Part shown: positions 11,494 through 21,565 of the stretch, piece after piece
How positions within the stretch are numbered: position 1 is the first letter of the stretch
Layout of the letters: every line of letters starts with the position of its first letter
Assembly: GCA_963677435.1 (NCBI GenBank)
Contig: OY781945.1
Location: forward strand, 480,001-544,000
Reading direction: 5' to 3'
DNA length: 64,000 nucleotides
Origin: an uncultured Aliarcobacter sp.
Lineage (GTDB): Bacteria; Campylobacterota; Campylobacteria; Campylobacterales; Arcobacteraceae
The notes under the pieces: model-generated
The model's database searches: none
What the model was told of the DNA's origin: nothing
What the model saw: the letters and a program-made list of their open reading frames with translations, nothing else
Program-made: the position numbers and the translations under genes

Positions 11494-12830
11494 TGAACTA
11501 TTTATTTGAAAAATTCAAAGAGTTTGAAACAAAAGATGCCATTGTTGTAGATGAAATCACCTACTCTTACGCTTCATTATTAGAGCAAATAAATATATAT
11601 AAAAGCATATTAGAAAAGCAGATAAAATCCTCAAGTGTTGTGGCAATTTTAGGTGATTACTCTTTTTGTAATATTGCTTTGTTTTTTGCTTTATTTGAAA
11701 ATAAAAATATCATAGTCCCAATTACTTCAACTATTCCTAAAATCCAAGATGAATATGTAAGTGAAGCCTTTTGTGAATACACAATAAAAATAAAAGAGGG
11801 TGATTTAGATATTCAAGCCTTAGAGCAAAATGAATCACATGAGATGATAAAAAGCCTAAAAGAGAATCAAAATGCTGGTTTGATTTTGTTTTCAAGTGGA
11901 AGCACAGGTAAACCAAAAGCGATGATTCATAATCTTAATAATCTAATAAATTCATACAAAGATAAAAAAGCAAAGTCAATGAATATGTTAGTGTTTTTAA
12001 TGTTTGATCATATTGGTGGATTAAATACTTTATTTAATGCATTATGTATGGGCGCTTGTTTGATTATTCCAAAAAATAGAGATGCAAAAAATATTTGTGA
12101 ATTAATACAAAATTATAAAATTATGGTGCTTCCAAGCAGTCCTACATTTTTAAATCTGATTTTAATTTCAGGTGAACACGAAAAATATGATTTAAGCTCT
12201 TTGAGAATGATTACTTATGGAACAGAAGCAATGCCTGAATCGCTTTTGTTAAAACTAAAAGCGAGTTTTCCAAGGGTTAAATTTTTACAAACTTTTGGAA
12301 CAAGTGAAACAGGAATTAGCACAACAAGTTCAAAATCTTCAGACTCTTTATATATGAAAATTGAAGATGCAAATCAAGAGTATAAAATCGTAGAAAATGA
12401 ATTGTGGCTTAGAAGTAAAACACAAGTTTTAGGATATTTAAATGCTTCAATGGACTCTTTTACAAGTGATGGATGGTTTAAAACAGGAGATTTAGTTGAA
12501 GAGCTTGAAGATGGCTATTTAAAAATCATAGGAAGAAGTAAAGAAGTAATAAATGTAGGTGGACAAAAAGTACTTCCAGCTGAGGTTGAATCGGTGATTT
12601 TATCTATGGAAGAGATTGATGATTGTATGGTTTATTCAGAAGCAAATGTAATCACAGGTCAAACTGTGGTTTGTGATGTGGTTTTGCATGAACCAAAAGA
12701 GAATATTAAAAAAATTATAAGACTATTTTGTAAGGATAAACTTGAAACTTTTAAGATTCCTACAAAAGTAAATGTTGTTGAAAAAACAAATTTTTCTGAA
12801 CGATTTAAAAAAATTAGAAGGAAAGATTAG
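11493..12830 (+). CDS. ANL-family adenylating enzyme (acyl-CoA/acyl-ACP ligase)
   Basis: FSSGSTGKPK, FGTSETG, WFKTGD, GRSKEVINVGG. Confidence 0.9.
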   Translation: MNYLFEKFKEFETKDAIVVDEITYSYASLLEQINIYKSILEKQIKSSSVVAILGDYSFCNIALFFALFENKNIIVPITSTIPKIQDEYVSEAFCEYTIKIKEGDLDIQALEQNESHEMIKSLKENQNAGLILFSSGSTGKPKAMIHNLNNLINSYKDKKAKSMNMLVFLMFDHIGGLNTLFNALCMGACLIIPKNRDAKNICELIQNYKIMVLPSSPTFLNLILISGEHEKYDLSSLRMITYGTEAMPESLLLKLKASFPRVKFLQTFGTSETGISTTSSKSSDSLYMKIEDANQEYKIVENELWLRSKTQVLGYLNASMDSFTSDGWFKTGDLVEELEDGYLKIIGRSKEVINVGGQKVLPAEVESVILSMEEIDDCMVYSEANVITGQTVVCDVVLHEPKENIKKIIRLFCKDKLETFKIPTKVNVVEKTNFSERFKKIRRKD

Positions 12831-12832
12831 AA

Positions 12833-13801
12833 TTGAAAATCTGTACAGTTGTCGTTACTTTCAATAGATATGAATTACTAAAAGAGTGTTTAGATTCATT
12901 ATTAAATCAAACTGCAAAAAATACTATTTTACTTGTTGATAATGCTTCAACTGATGGAACAGATAAAAAAATAATTGAAGATGGATATTTAGAACACACA
13001 AATATTATTTATAAAAGATTAGATAAAAATAGTGGTGGAGCGGGTGGTTTTTATTTTGGTGTTAAGTATGCTTTAGAAAATGCTTACGATTTTGTATGGC
13101 TAATGGATGATGATGCAGAACCAGAATTAAATGCTTTAGAAATTTTATTACAAAATATAGATGATAATAAATATAGTGCCTACGCACCAAAAACAATGAT
13201 TGGAACAAAAGAAAATAATGTTTTATCTACATTTGGACATAGAGGTATTTTTGATTATGAAAATTGTTTACCAGCTTTTCAAAAAGCAATAGATTTAAAA
13301 GAGTATGAAAAAAATTGCTGTGAAATTGAGATGGCTTCTTTTGTTGGGATTTTAATTCCTCTTTCTTCAATAAAAAAAATAGGCCTACCTGAAGAAAGAT
13401 TTTTCATACACCATGATGACACAGAATATAGTTTAAGATTAGTAACTTTAGGAAAAATTCTTATGGTTAATAAAAGTGTTATTTATCATAAAGAAAAACG
13501 CCAAGAAGAGAAGATTGAACGACAATTTTTATGGTTTAAAAAAAATAGAATAAAATATGAAAAACTATGGCTAAAATATTTTGGTTTACGCAATTCAGTT
13601 TTTATAGCATTTAAATATGGCAAAAGCAAAAAAGTCTATTTTCTAGCTTTTAAGTTGTATTTTGCTTTAATAAAAGATATTCTTTTATACGATGATAAAA
13701 AATACACAAGATTAGTTTTTGCTACTAACTCATTTTTTGATGGAGTTAGAGGTCATTTTGATAATGAAAAACCAACTAAAATTTTAAGAGGCAAAAAGTG
13801 A
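12833..13801 (+). CDS. GT2 glycosyltransferase, probable galactofuranosyltransferase
   Basis: VVVTFNR, VDNASTDG, NSGGAGGF, WLMDDDA, SFVG, DDTEYSLR (GlfT1-like pattern); adjacent to glf. Confidence 0.8.
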   Translation: MKICTVVVTFNRYELLKECLDSLLNQTAKNTILLVDNASTDGTDKKIIEDGYLEHTNIIYKRLDKNSGGAGGFYFGVKYALENAYDFVWLMDDDAEPELNALEILLQNIDDNKYSAYAPKTMIGTKENNVLSTFGHRGIFDYENCLPAFQKAIDLKEYEKNCCEIEMASFVGILIPLSSIKKIGLPEERFFIHHDDTEYSLRLVTLGKILMVNKSVIYHKEKRQEEKIERQFLWFKKNRIKYEKLWLKYFGLRNSVFIAFKYGKSKKVYFLAFKLYFALIKDILLYDDKKYTRLVFATNSFFDGVRGHFDNEKPTKILRGKK

Positions 13802-14940
13802 TAGATTACGTAATTATAGGTGCAGGACTTGCAGGTGTTGTGATGGCAGAACGAATTGCAACACAACTTAATAAAAAAGTGATAATTATAGAAAAAAGAA
13901 ATCATATAGGTGGAAATTGTTTTGATTTTAAAGATGAGAATAATATTTTAATTCACAAATATGGCCCACATTTATTTCATACAAATAATAAAGAAGTAAT
14001 AGATTATTTATCACAATTTACACAATGGGATATTTACAATCATGAAGTATTAGCCTATATTGATGGAATTAAAGTTCCAATACCTTTTAATATTAATACT
14101 TTGTATGAAGTTTTTCCCCAATCAAAAGCAAAAGCTTTAGAAGATAAATTATTGCAAACTTATGCATATAACTCAAAAATACCAATTTTAGAACTAAAAA
14201 AATCTACAGATAAAGATTTGCAATTTTTGGCTGATTTTGTTTATGAAAAAATATTTGTAAATTACACAGCAAAACAATGGGGAATGAAACCTGAAGATAT
14301 GGATGGGGCAGTAACTGCAAGAGTTCCAATTTTTGTTGGGCGTGATAATAGATATTTTAATGATAGTTATCAAAGCTTGCCTAAAAATGGTTATACAAAT
14401 ATGATTCAAAATATGTTGAATCACAAAAATATAAAACTTATGTTAAATACGGATTTCAAAGAAGTTTGTTATTTAAAAGATGAAGATTTTTATCTTTTTG
14501 GTTCAAAATTCCAAGGTCAAGTTATTTATACGGGACAAATAGATGAACTATTTGATTATAAATTTGGTGATTTACCATATAGAAGTGTGGAGATGAAATT
14601 TGAAACAGTAGAAAAAGAGTTTTATCAAGAAAAAGCAACAGTAAATTATCCTAATGATTATGACTTTACTAGAATTACTGAGTTCAAACATATTCACCCT
14701 ACAAAAAGTGATAAAACAACTATTTTAAAAGAGTATCCACAAGAGTATATTAAAAATAAAAATACTCCATATTACCCGATTTTCACCCAAGAAAATCAGT
14801 TTAGATATAATTTGTATTTACAATATGCTTCAAAATTTAATAATTTAATATTAGTTGGAAGACTTGCTGAGTATAAATATTATGACATGGATGATATTGT
14901 TGAAAGAGCATTAGAAGTTTTTAAAAAGAGTACTTTATGA
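13798..14940 (+). CDS. glf: UDP-galactopyranose mutase
   Basis: GAGLAG, HIGGNC, HKYGPHLFHT, YTAKQWG, TRITEFKH, GRLAEYKYYDMD. Confidence 0.96.
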   Translation: MIDYVIIGAGLAGVVMAERIATQLNKKVIIIEKRNHIGGNCFDFKDENNILIHKYGPHLFHTNNKEVIDYLSQFTQWDIYNHEVLAYIDGIKVPIPFNINTLYEVFPQSKAKALEDKLLQTYAYNSKIPILELKKSTDKDLQFLADFVYEKIFVNYTAKQWGMKPEDMDGAVTARVPIFVGRDNRYFNDSYQSLPKNGYTNMIQNMLNHKNIKLMLNTDFKEVCYLKDEDFYLFGSKFQGQVIYTGQIDELFDYKFGDLPYRSVEMKFETVEKEFYQEKATVNYPNDYDFTRITEFKHIHPTKSDKTTILKEYPQEYIKNKNTPYYPIFTQENQFRYNLYLQYASKFNNLILVGRLAEYKYYDMDDIVERALEVFKKSTL

Positions 14941-15950
14941 ATATATTAATAACTGGAGGGGCTGGTTATATTGGAAGTCATGTTGCAAAACAACTATTAG
15001 AAACAACGCAACATGATATAACTATATTAGATAATCTATCAACTGGTTATATTAAAACTATTCAAACACTTAAAACTATTAGAGATTTTGAATTTATTGA
15101 GTTGGATTTAAAGGAGTTTGATGCGGTAAATATACTACTTCAAACTAAATCATTTGATGTTATTATTCATTTTGCTGCAAGTAGTGTTGTTGCAGAATCA
15201 GTTGAAAATCCTTTAAAATATTATATGAATAATACAGTTAATACAACCAATTTAATTAAATGTACAAGTGAACATGGTATAAAGAAATTTATATTTTCTT
15301 CAACAGCTGCTGTATATGGTGAACCTATAGAGTGTGTAAATATTGACGAAACAACGCCAACAAATCCAATTAATCCTTATGGTATGAGTAAACTTATGAG
15401 TGAGAAAGTACTTCAAGATACAGCTTGTGTAAATTCAAATTTAAACTATATTATTTTTCGATATTTTAATGTTTCAGGTTCTGATATGTTTTATGAAAAT
15501 GAAAAATTAATGCCAAGAATAGGGGAATGTCATGAGCCAGAAACACATTTAATCCCTTTAGTGGCAAAAACAGCATTGAAAAAAAGAGCCTGTATTAATA
15601 TTTATGGGGAAGATTTTAAAACACCAGATGGAAGTTGTATACGAGATTATATCCATGTAGAAGATCTTGCAAATGCACATATTCAAGCAATTGAATATCT
15701 AGATTCCAATGAAAGTGATGTTTTTAATTTAGGTTATGGAAAAGGTTATAGTGTAAAGGAAGTTGTGAATGCTATGAAATATGCAACTAACACAGATTTT
15801 CAAGTAAAGCAAGTAGCAAGAAGAGATGGTGACCCTTCTTTTTTAGTAGCAAATAACACAAAGATTTTACAAAAAATGCACTGGAAACCGAAATATAATA
15901 ATTTGGAATTAATTTGCAAAAGCACATATGAATGGGAGAAGAATCTATGA
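14937..15950 (+). CDS. galE: UDP-glucose 4-epimerase
   Basis: TGGAGYIGSH, HFAA, SSTAAVYG, YGMSK, RYFNV, RDYIHV. Confidence 0.93.
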   Translation: MNILITGGAGYIGSHVAKQLLETTQHDITILDNLSTGYIKTIQTLKTIRDFEFIELDLKEFDAVNILLQTKSFDVIIHFAASSVVAESVENPLKYYMNNTVNTTNLIKCTSEHGIKKFIFSSTAAVYGEPIECVNIDETTPTNPINPYGMSKLMSEKVLQDTACVNSNLNYIIFRYFNVSGSDMFYENEKLMPRIGECHEPETHLIPLVAKTALKKRACINIYGEDFKTPDGSCIRDYIHVEDLANAHIQAIEYLDSNESDVFNLGYGKGYSVKEVVNAMKYATNTDFQVKQVARRDGDPSFLVANNTKILQKMHWKPKYNNLELICKSTYEWEKNL

Positions 15951-17293
15951 AAGATTTAGGAATTGTAATTTGTAATTTCAATAAGATTGATTATTTAAGG
16001 AATTGTTTATTATCTATGAATAATGCAGATTTTAATAAAATCTCTTATGATATTATAGTTGTAGATAATGCATCAAATGATGGAAGTTGTGAAATGTTAG
16101 AATCAGAATTTCCTGATGTAATTCTTTTAAAAAATACAAAAAATATTGGTGGTGCAGGTGGTTTTGCAACAGGCATGAACTATGTCTTAAGAAATAAATA
16201 TCGCTATCTTAGTATATTAGATAATGATACAAGAGCAGATTCAAAAGCATTTATAAATTTAAAGAAATATTTAGATAAAAATCCAAATGTAGGCGTTGTT
16301 GGTGCAACAATTATGCAAATGGATGAACCTGAAAGAATTCAAGAAATGGGCGCTCTTTTAGATTATAAAGAATTTGAATTTACACTTAATTATAATGATA
16401 GAATTATTGATGATTCAATACCAGAAATTGTTGAGTGTGATTATGTTCCTGCATGTTGTTTTATGACTAGATTAGATGTACTTAAAAAAGTTGGAGTATT
16501 CGATGAAACATATTTTATATATTGGGATGACATTGATTGGTGTACAAGAGTTAAAAATATAGGATATGACATACACTCTATTTCCTCATCAAGAATTTGG
16601 CATAAAGGAGGAGCAAAATTGGCAATTAACACCTTCCCAACATATTTTTATTATAGAAATTTGATTCGTTTTTTCATAAAAAATATTGATGAAAATAAAA
16701 TTGAATATATGGCAGAAAAAATAAGTAGTTTAGCTTCAAAAATTTATTTTTATAATGATTTAAAGAGTGAATATAGTCATACAATTGCATTTTTAATGGG
16801 AATTGATGATGCTTATGCAAATAATATCGGTCCAAAATGGGATGCTGTGATACCAAGAATTAGAAAAGAAAATCTATTGTATACAAGATGTCAAGGTAAG
16901 AAAATAGCTTTATTTGATTGTGAAAATTTCTTAAAATTGAAACCAATAATTAAAAATCTAATTTCAATAGATGCAAAGATTACATTGTATATAAAATATA
17001 ATAACAAAAACTATTTAGAGAAATATTTTCCAATGATTGATATAAAAGAGTATAAAGATTATTTATTAGACAAAAATAATTTTGATTTTACGATTCAATC
17101 ACTAACTCATATATCTGATACTGAAATAAAAGATAAAACTATTTATTATTTAGATGCATATAGTAATTACTTAATGGATGAAATTGATTTTGAGAATCTT
17201 GAGAAATTTTATGTATTTAAAGAATCTTTTAATTCAGTTTACAAAGAAATTTTTTACATTAAGTTTTTAAACTTGAAAAGAATGATTAAATGA
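15947..17293 (+). CDS. GT2 glycosyltransferase with C-terminal extension
   Basis: VDNASNDG, NIGGAGGF, LDND, YWDDIDW, WHKGG. Start moved to ATG 15947 (ATGA overlap with the galE stop). Confidence 0.85.
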   Translation: MKDLGIVICNFNKIDYLRNCLLSMNNADFNKISYDIIVVDNASNDGSCEMLESEFPDVILLKNTKNIGGAGGFATGMNYVLRNKYRYLSILDNDTRADSKAFINLKKYLDKNPNVGVVGATIMQMDEPERIQEMGALLDYKEFEFTLNYNDRIIDDSIPEIVECDYVPACCFMTRLDVLKKVGVFDETYFIYWDDIDWCTRVKNIGYDIHSISSSRIWHKGGAKLAINTFPTYFYYRNLIRFFIKNIDENKIEYMAEKISSLASKIYFYNDLKSEYSHTIAFLMGIDDAYANNIGPKWDAVIPRIRKENLLYTRCQGKKIALFDCENFLKLKPIIKNLISIDAKITLYIKYNNKNYLEKYFPMIDIKEYKDYLLDKNNFDFTIQSLTHISDTEIKDKTIYYLDAYSNYLMDEIDFENLEKFYVFKESFNSVYKEIFYIKFLNLKRMIK

Positions 17294-19566
17294 AAAATAA
17301 ATCGGATGATTATTCTTTATTAGAAAAACAGTTTTTCCGATATTTAAAAAATCCAGATGTAAAAGTAATATCTTTTGATATCTTTGATACTTTATTTTTT
17401 AGAAAAGTCAATTCTCCAATAGCTGTATTTTCTATTTTAGCAGAATATACTTATGTGAAAGAATTATTTCCTAAGAACTCCTTTACTTACTATCGTCAAG
17501 AAGCGCATAAAAGTGCTTTAAAAAGGCATAAAAAAGAAGAAGTAACTATACATGATATATATGATGAATTTCTTTATTTAACAAAAAAACAGAAGAGTAA
17601 ATTAATTAATTTAGAACTTGAAGAGGAAAGAAATCAGCTTATATTGAATGAATATATGCAAGATTGGATAAAACTAGCTTTAAAAAACAATAAAGAAGTA
17701 ATTGCTATTTCTGATATGTATTTATCTACTGAAGAATTGAACTTAATTGCAATTTCAAAACTTAGTAAAGAAGCTAAGATTAGCAAAGTTTATGTATCTT
17801 CAGAAGCTAAAAAAAGTAAATATTCGGGAACTTTATTTGAAATGGTAATGGATGAACTAGAGCTTCAACCTCAAGAGATTTTACATATAGGAGACAATGA
17901 AAGAAATGACATAAAAATACCTAAAAGTTTAGGAATAAATACAATTTATTATAAAAAATTTGAAGATAAGATTGAACAAAATTATATCAATGAATTTTAC
18001 CCTAAAAAATTAAATATGATTAGAAGCTTAAGTATAAATTGTAATTTATATTTAAATAATAAAGATAGATTCTTTTATGAATTTGGGTGTAATATTTTTG
18101 GCCCTTTATTATGGTCTTTTTCTTCGTATATATTAAAATCATCAAAAATATTAGAAACAACACAGATTAATTTTATTATGAGAGAGGGTAAAATATTTAA
18201 GAAATATTTTAATAAATTTTTAGAGTTTTTGAATCTAGAAAAAGAGTATGATTTGAATACAATTTGTGCATCTAGAAAATCTATATATCTTGCTATGTTA
18301 GATGAGAATAATATAAAAATTGATAAAAATGATTTCTTGAGTTTTAGGGAAGTATCTCTTGAAAGTTTTTTTAGAATTTTTGGAATAGAAATTTTAAATG
18401 ATGAATTAAAGAATTATAAAGGAGATACTATTTCAAAACTAAGTAATAATGAAGAGTTCTATAATAAAATTAATATTGATATCAGTATACAAGAAAATAA
18501 AATAAAAAATAAAATATCAGAAAGTAAGAAATATTTTAAAGAATATATAACTCAATGTGATTTAAAAAAAGGTAGTTTACTAATTGATTTTGGGAGTTCG
18601 GGAAGTGTAAATCAAGCGATTAATAAATTTGCTTTGGAAAAAGAATTCAATCATTTATTATTGTATAGTTCGATTTATGCCTATAAAAGATTAGATTTAA
18701 GACTTGATTCTTTTTTGTCTTTAAATGATATAAATAAAAAAGATAGTATTTTCATAAGACGATATGCGGAAGTTTTTGAAATACTTTTAAATGGTCTTGA
18801 GAATACAACTTTAGAGTACCATAAAAACACAGAAATTGAACCTGTAAAGAGTGAAATAGCATTTTCTAATGAATTTAAGTCAACTATAGCTTCTTTTGAA
18901 AAAGGAATAGATACTTTTTTTGAAATGGCATATAAATATAAATTTAAAAATGCTTCTAGCTCATTTCTGTTTAAAATGCTTTCAAGAGTTTTAGAATTAC
19001 CAACTAAAGAAGAAACAAAATATTTAGGGAATTTACCTATTGAGTTAAATTATGATGGTAATGTTCAAACAACTTTAATAAATGAAGAGAATGAATATAT
19101 CATAAATCATCTAGGTGTTGATAGTATATTAGATGAATTTTATTTAGATAATGAAAGTAATATTAAACAGTTTCCCTGGTTACATGGAACTATTTCAAAG
19201 ATTTATGAAGATTATTTTAGAAATAGACAATTTAGTGAGGAAACAGATATTTTAGAACTAGCCCAAAAAAAAATACTTTTTAAGCTATATAAAGAAAATA
19301 TTAAAGAATTGTCAATATATGGTTCCGGTGAACTTTTTAAATTATTACATGATAAGTTAATTGAAAAAGGTATCAAAATTAATTATTTAATTGATTCATT
19401 TATTAGTGAAACACAGCAAAAGTATATTGATGGATATTTAGTTATAAATCTAGAAGAGGCTGTTAAAAAAGGTGAAAAAAATATTTTGATAACTTCAGTC
19501 TCATATAAAGATGAGATGATAAGAAAAGTTAGTTCTTATTCAAATCTATCTTATATTAGTTGTTAG
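17290..19566 (+). CDS. Large HAD-superfamily protein of glycan loci, with C-terminal Rossmann-like domain
   Basis: SFDIFDTL, ISDMY, LHIGDNERND HAD motifs; internal REG, SRKS, IDFGSSGS; C-terminal IYGSG. Confidence 0.8.
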   Translation: MKNKSDDYSLLEKQFFRYLKNPDVKVISFDIFDTLFFRKVNSPIAVFSILAEYTYVKELFPKNSFTYYRQEAHKSALKRHKKEEVTIHDIYDEFLYLTKKQKSKLINLELEEERNQLILNEYMQDWIKLALKNNKEVIAISDMYLSTEELNLIAISKLSKEAKISKVYVSSEAKKSKYSGTLFEMVMDELELQPQEILHIGDNERNDIKIPKSLGINTIYYKKFEDKIEQNYINEFYPKKLNMIRSLSINCNLYLNNKDRFFYEFGCNIFGPLLWSFSSYILKSSKILETTQINFIMREGKIFKKYFNKFLEFLNLEKEYDLNTICASRKSIYLAMLDENNIKIDKNDFLSFREVSLESFFRIFGIEILNDELKNYKGDTISKLSNNEEFYNKINIDISIQENKIKNKISESKKYFKEYITQCDLKKGSLLIDFGSSGSVNQAINKFALEKEFNHLLLYSSIYAYKRLDLRLDSFLSLNDINKKDSIFIRRYAEVFEILLNGLENTTLEYHKNTEIEPVKSEIAFSNEFKSTIASFEKGIDTFFEMAYKYKFKNASSSFLFKMLSRVLELPTKEETKYLGNLPIELNYDGNVQTTLINEENEYIINHLGVDSILDEFYLDNESNIKQFPWLHGTISKIYEDYFRNRQFSEETDILELAQKKILFKLYKENIKELSIYGSGELFKLLHDKLIEKGIKINYLIDSFISETQQKYIDGYLVINLEEAVKKGEKNILITSVSYKDEMIRKVSSYSNLSYISC

Positions 19567-20776
19567 TAAGGATTGATGAATAAAATTCCAAATGATTTTC
19601 TAAAAATATTGTATGAGTAAATTTATTTTTAGCCATTTCTCTAGCATTCTTACTGAATATTGTTAATTGTTTATTTAAATAAATTTCTTCAATCTTTTGA
19701 GCTAAAAATTTTGTATCTTTATTTTCTACTAAATATCCGTTGATATTTTGTTGAATCATTTCTGGAATTCCTCCTGTTGTAAATCCAAAAGTTGGAGTTC
19801 CTGATGCCATAGTCTCAAGGACAACAAGAGGCAAGTTATCTGAGAGAGAACAATTAATAAAAATATCTGCAGCACTATATAACTTGTTTAATTCAGTATA
19901 ATTATCAATATAACCTGAAGAAAAATAATCTATTTTAGTAAGTAAATCTTTTGTCATATTATCTATATTACCAACAAGTATTAAAAATGGATTTAAATGA
20001 TTAATCTCATTTATAACTTTAATTGCATAATCAAAACCTTTTCGTGGGTCTTGAATACTATGTGCGGTAAGTAATATCGTAAGCCTTTTTTCTGGTATAT
20101 TCAAATTCTCTTTAGAAATTTTTTTATCCAAAAATTTATATATATTGATATCTACACCATTTGGAATAATCGTAGGGATTTTCTTTATAATCGTATTATG
20201 AGTAGATAAATTGGCTAACCATTTTGATGGTGACACTAAATGAATGTTTTTTTTATGAAGTTTAGATTTAATTCTTAAATATAAAAAAGCTAAATCAAAT
20301 TTCCCCCCCATAGGCCAACTACTCTTTTGAAAACAGTTCTTACAGTTTATTTTGTATTTAGTACAATTCATTGGATAAATACAACCTCCTGTGAAAACAG
20401 AGCAATCATGCATTGTCCAAATAACAGGCAATTTATTAGATAAATACATCAATGTAAAAGGAGAAATAGCTGATGATAAATCATGAAAATGAATTAAGTC
20501 ATAATTGTGTTTTTTGATTTCATCAAGTAAATGGAAAAGTTCAAATGGAATTATTTCTTGAAAACCTAAATATTTTAATTTATAATAAACTTTTTTAGCA
20601 ATTTTTTCCCATTTTCCATAGACACTGGTAGAATTTTTAGTATAGCCATTTGCTAAATCTCTTCTGTAATGATGTGCAAAATGACCATTTTCATTTAATA
20701 AAGTTGTTAAATCTTCAGCAACTTTACTAGCTCCACCACCAAACCGATTACTTTTACTTACTATTGCAATTTTCAT
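19556..20776 (-). CDS. GT4 glycosyltransferase (WcaC-like)
   Basis: GGGAS, WTMHDC, SPSKWL, IPNGVD, RKG, DNLPLVVLETMASGTP. Confidence 0.9.
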   Translation of the reverse strand: MKIAIVSKSNRFGGGASKVAEDLTTLLNENGHFAHHYRRDLANGYTKNSTSVYGKWEKIAKKVYYKLKYLGFQEIIPFELFHLLDEIKKHNYDLIHFHDLSSAISPFTLMYLSNKLPVIWTMHDCSVFTGGCIYPMNCTKYKINCKNCFQKSSWPMGGKFDLAFLYLRIKSKLHKKNIHLVSPSKWLANLSTHNTIIKKIPTIIPNGVDINIYKFLDKKISKENLNIPEKRLTILLTAHSIQDPRKGFDYAIKVINEINHLNPFLILVGNIDNMTKDLLTKIDYFSSGYIDNYTELNKLYSAADIFINCSLSDNLPLVVLETMASGTPTFGFTTGGIPEMIQQNINGYLVENKDTKFLAQKIEEIYLNKQLTIFSKNAREMAKNKFTHTIFLENHLEFYSSILTNN

Positions 20777-20778
20777 AA

Positions 20779-21504
20779 TTATTTATAGATGGAATAAATC
20801 TTAGAAAACAATTTTGCTTCATCCATAAATCTGTCATTTTTAAAAATAATGGGTTCTTTATCAAATTTTGAACCTTTTTTACATATAGTTGAAATACAAT
20901 CAATTAAAAATGGTTCATTATCCCAGTTAATTAATTCTTGAACAATGCAATTTAGATTATTTTCTTTTGCATAAGTTGAAATCTTTTGATAATCTACACT
21001 GGTATCTCGAACATGAGTTGAATAATTTTTAAAAAAATTCAAATTTGAATGATGTATAAATGCTACACCATTTTCATTAAGTTTTTTACCGATTTCTTTA
21101 ATATAACTTTTCATGGTTTCATCATTTGCATGAACTAAAGAATCAAATGAAAAAATAAAATCCATGCTATTATTTTCAATCACATCTAAAGTTAATCCAT
21201 CATTTGTATAATAGAATATATTTGAAGAGCTAATGAATTTAGTTTTACATTTTTCGATACATTTTTCTGATAAATCAACAATATGAAGTTCTTCACAAGA
21301 ATTCTTTAGAAATCTTGTCCATCTACCGAATCCTGGAGCTATTTCTAATATCTTTTTAGCAGGAATAAAAGTATTGATTCTAGGTAAAATTGAAGCATAC
21401 CATTGCATTCTTGAATTTCCCCATGGTTTTGACCATTCATCGCCATCTTCAGGCCAAGAATAAGTTTCATTGTATATTTTTAGATTCTCTTCAATTGTTG
21501 CCAT
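20779..21504 (-). CDS. Class I SAM-dependent methyltransferase
   Basis: ILEIAPGFGRW motif I, IVDLS, DFIFSFDSLVH, LNENG. Confidence 0.88.
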   Translation of the reverse strand: MATIEENLKIYNETYSWPEDGDEWSKPWGNSRMQWYASILPRINTFIPAKKILEIAPGFGRWTRFLKNSCEELHIVDLSEKCIEKCKTKFISSSNIFYYTNDGLTLDVIENNSMDFIFSFDSLVHANDETMKSYIKEIGKKLNENGVAFIHHSNLNFFKNYSTHVRDTSVDYQKISTYAKENNLNCIVQELINWDNEPFLIDCISTICKKGSKFDKEPIIFKNDRFMDEAKLFSKIYSIYK

Positions 21505-21565
21505 ATATTTTCCATAAGTTTTTTTGATAGTACAATATTTTTAATAAGATAAGGATAAAATTAAT

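Noticed and set aside
19265..19273. A9/T9 homopolymers (also 37949-37957) as phase-variation switches
   Set aside because: Expected in such AT-rich DNA; they encode Lys runs in intact frames.
21505..21565. Internal promoter or sRNA in the 61-bp gap
   Set aside because: Only weak TACTAT/TACAAT-like hexamers in very AT-rich DNA, and no structure.
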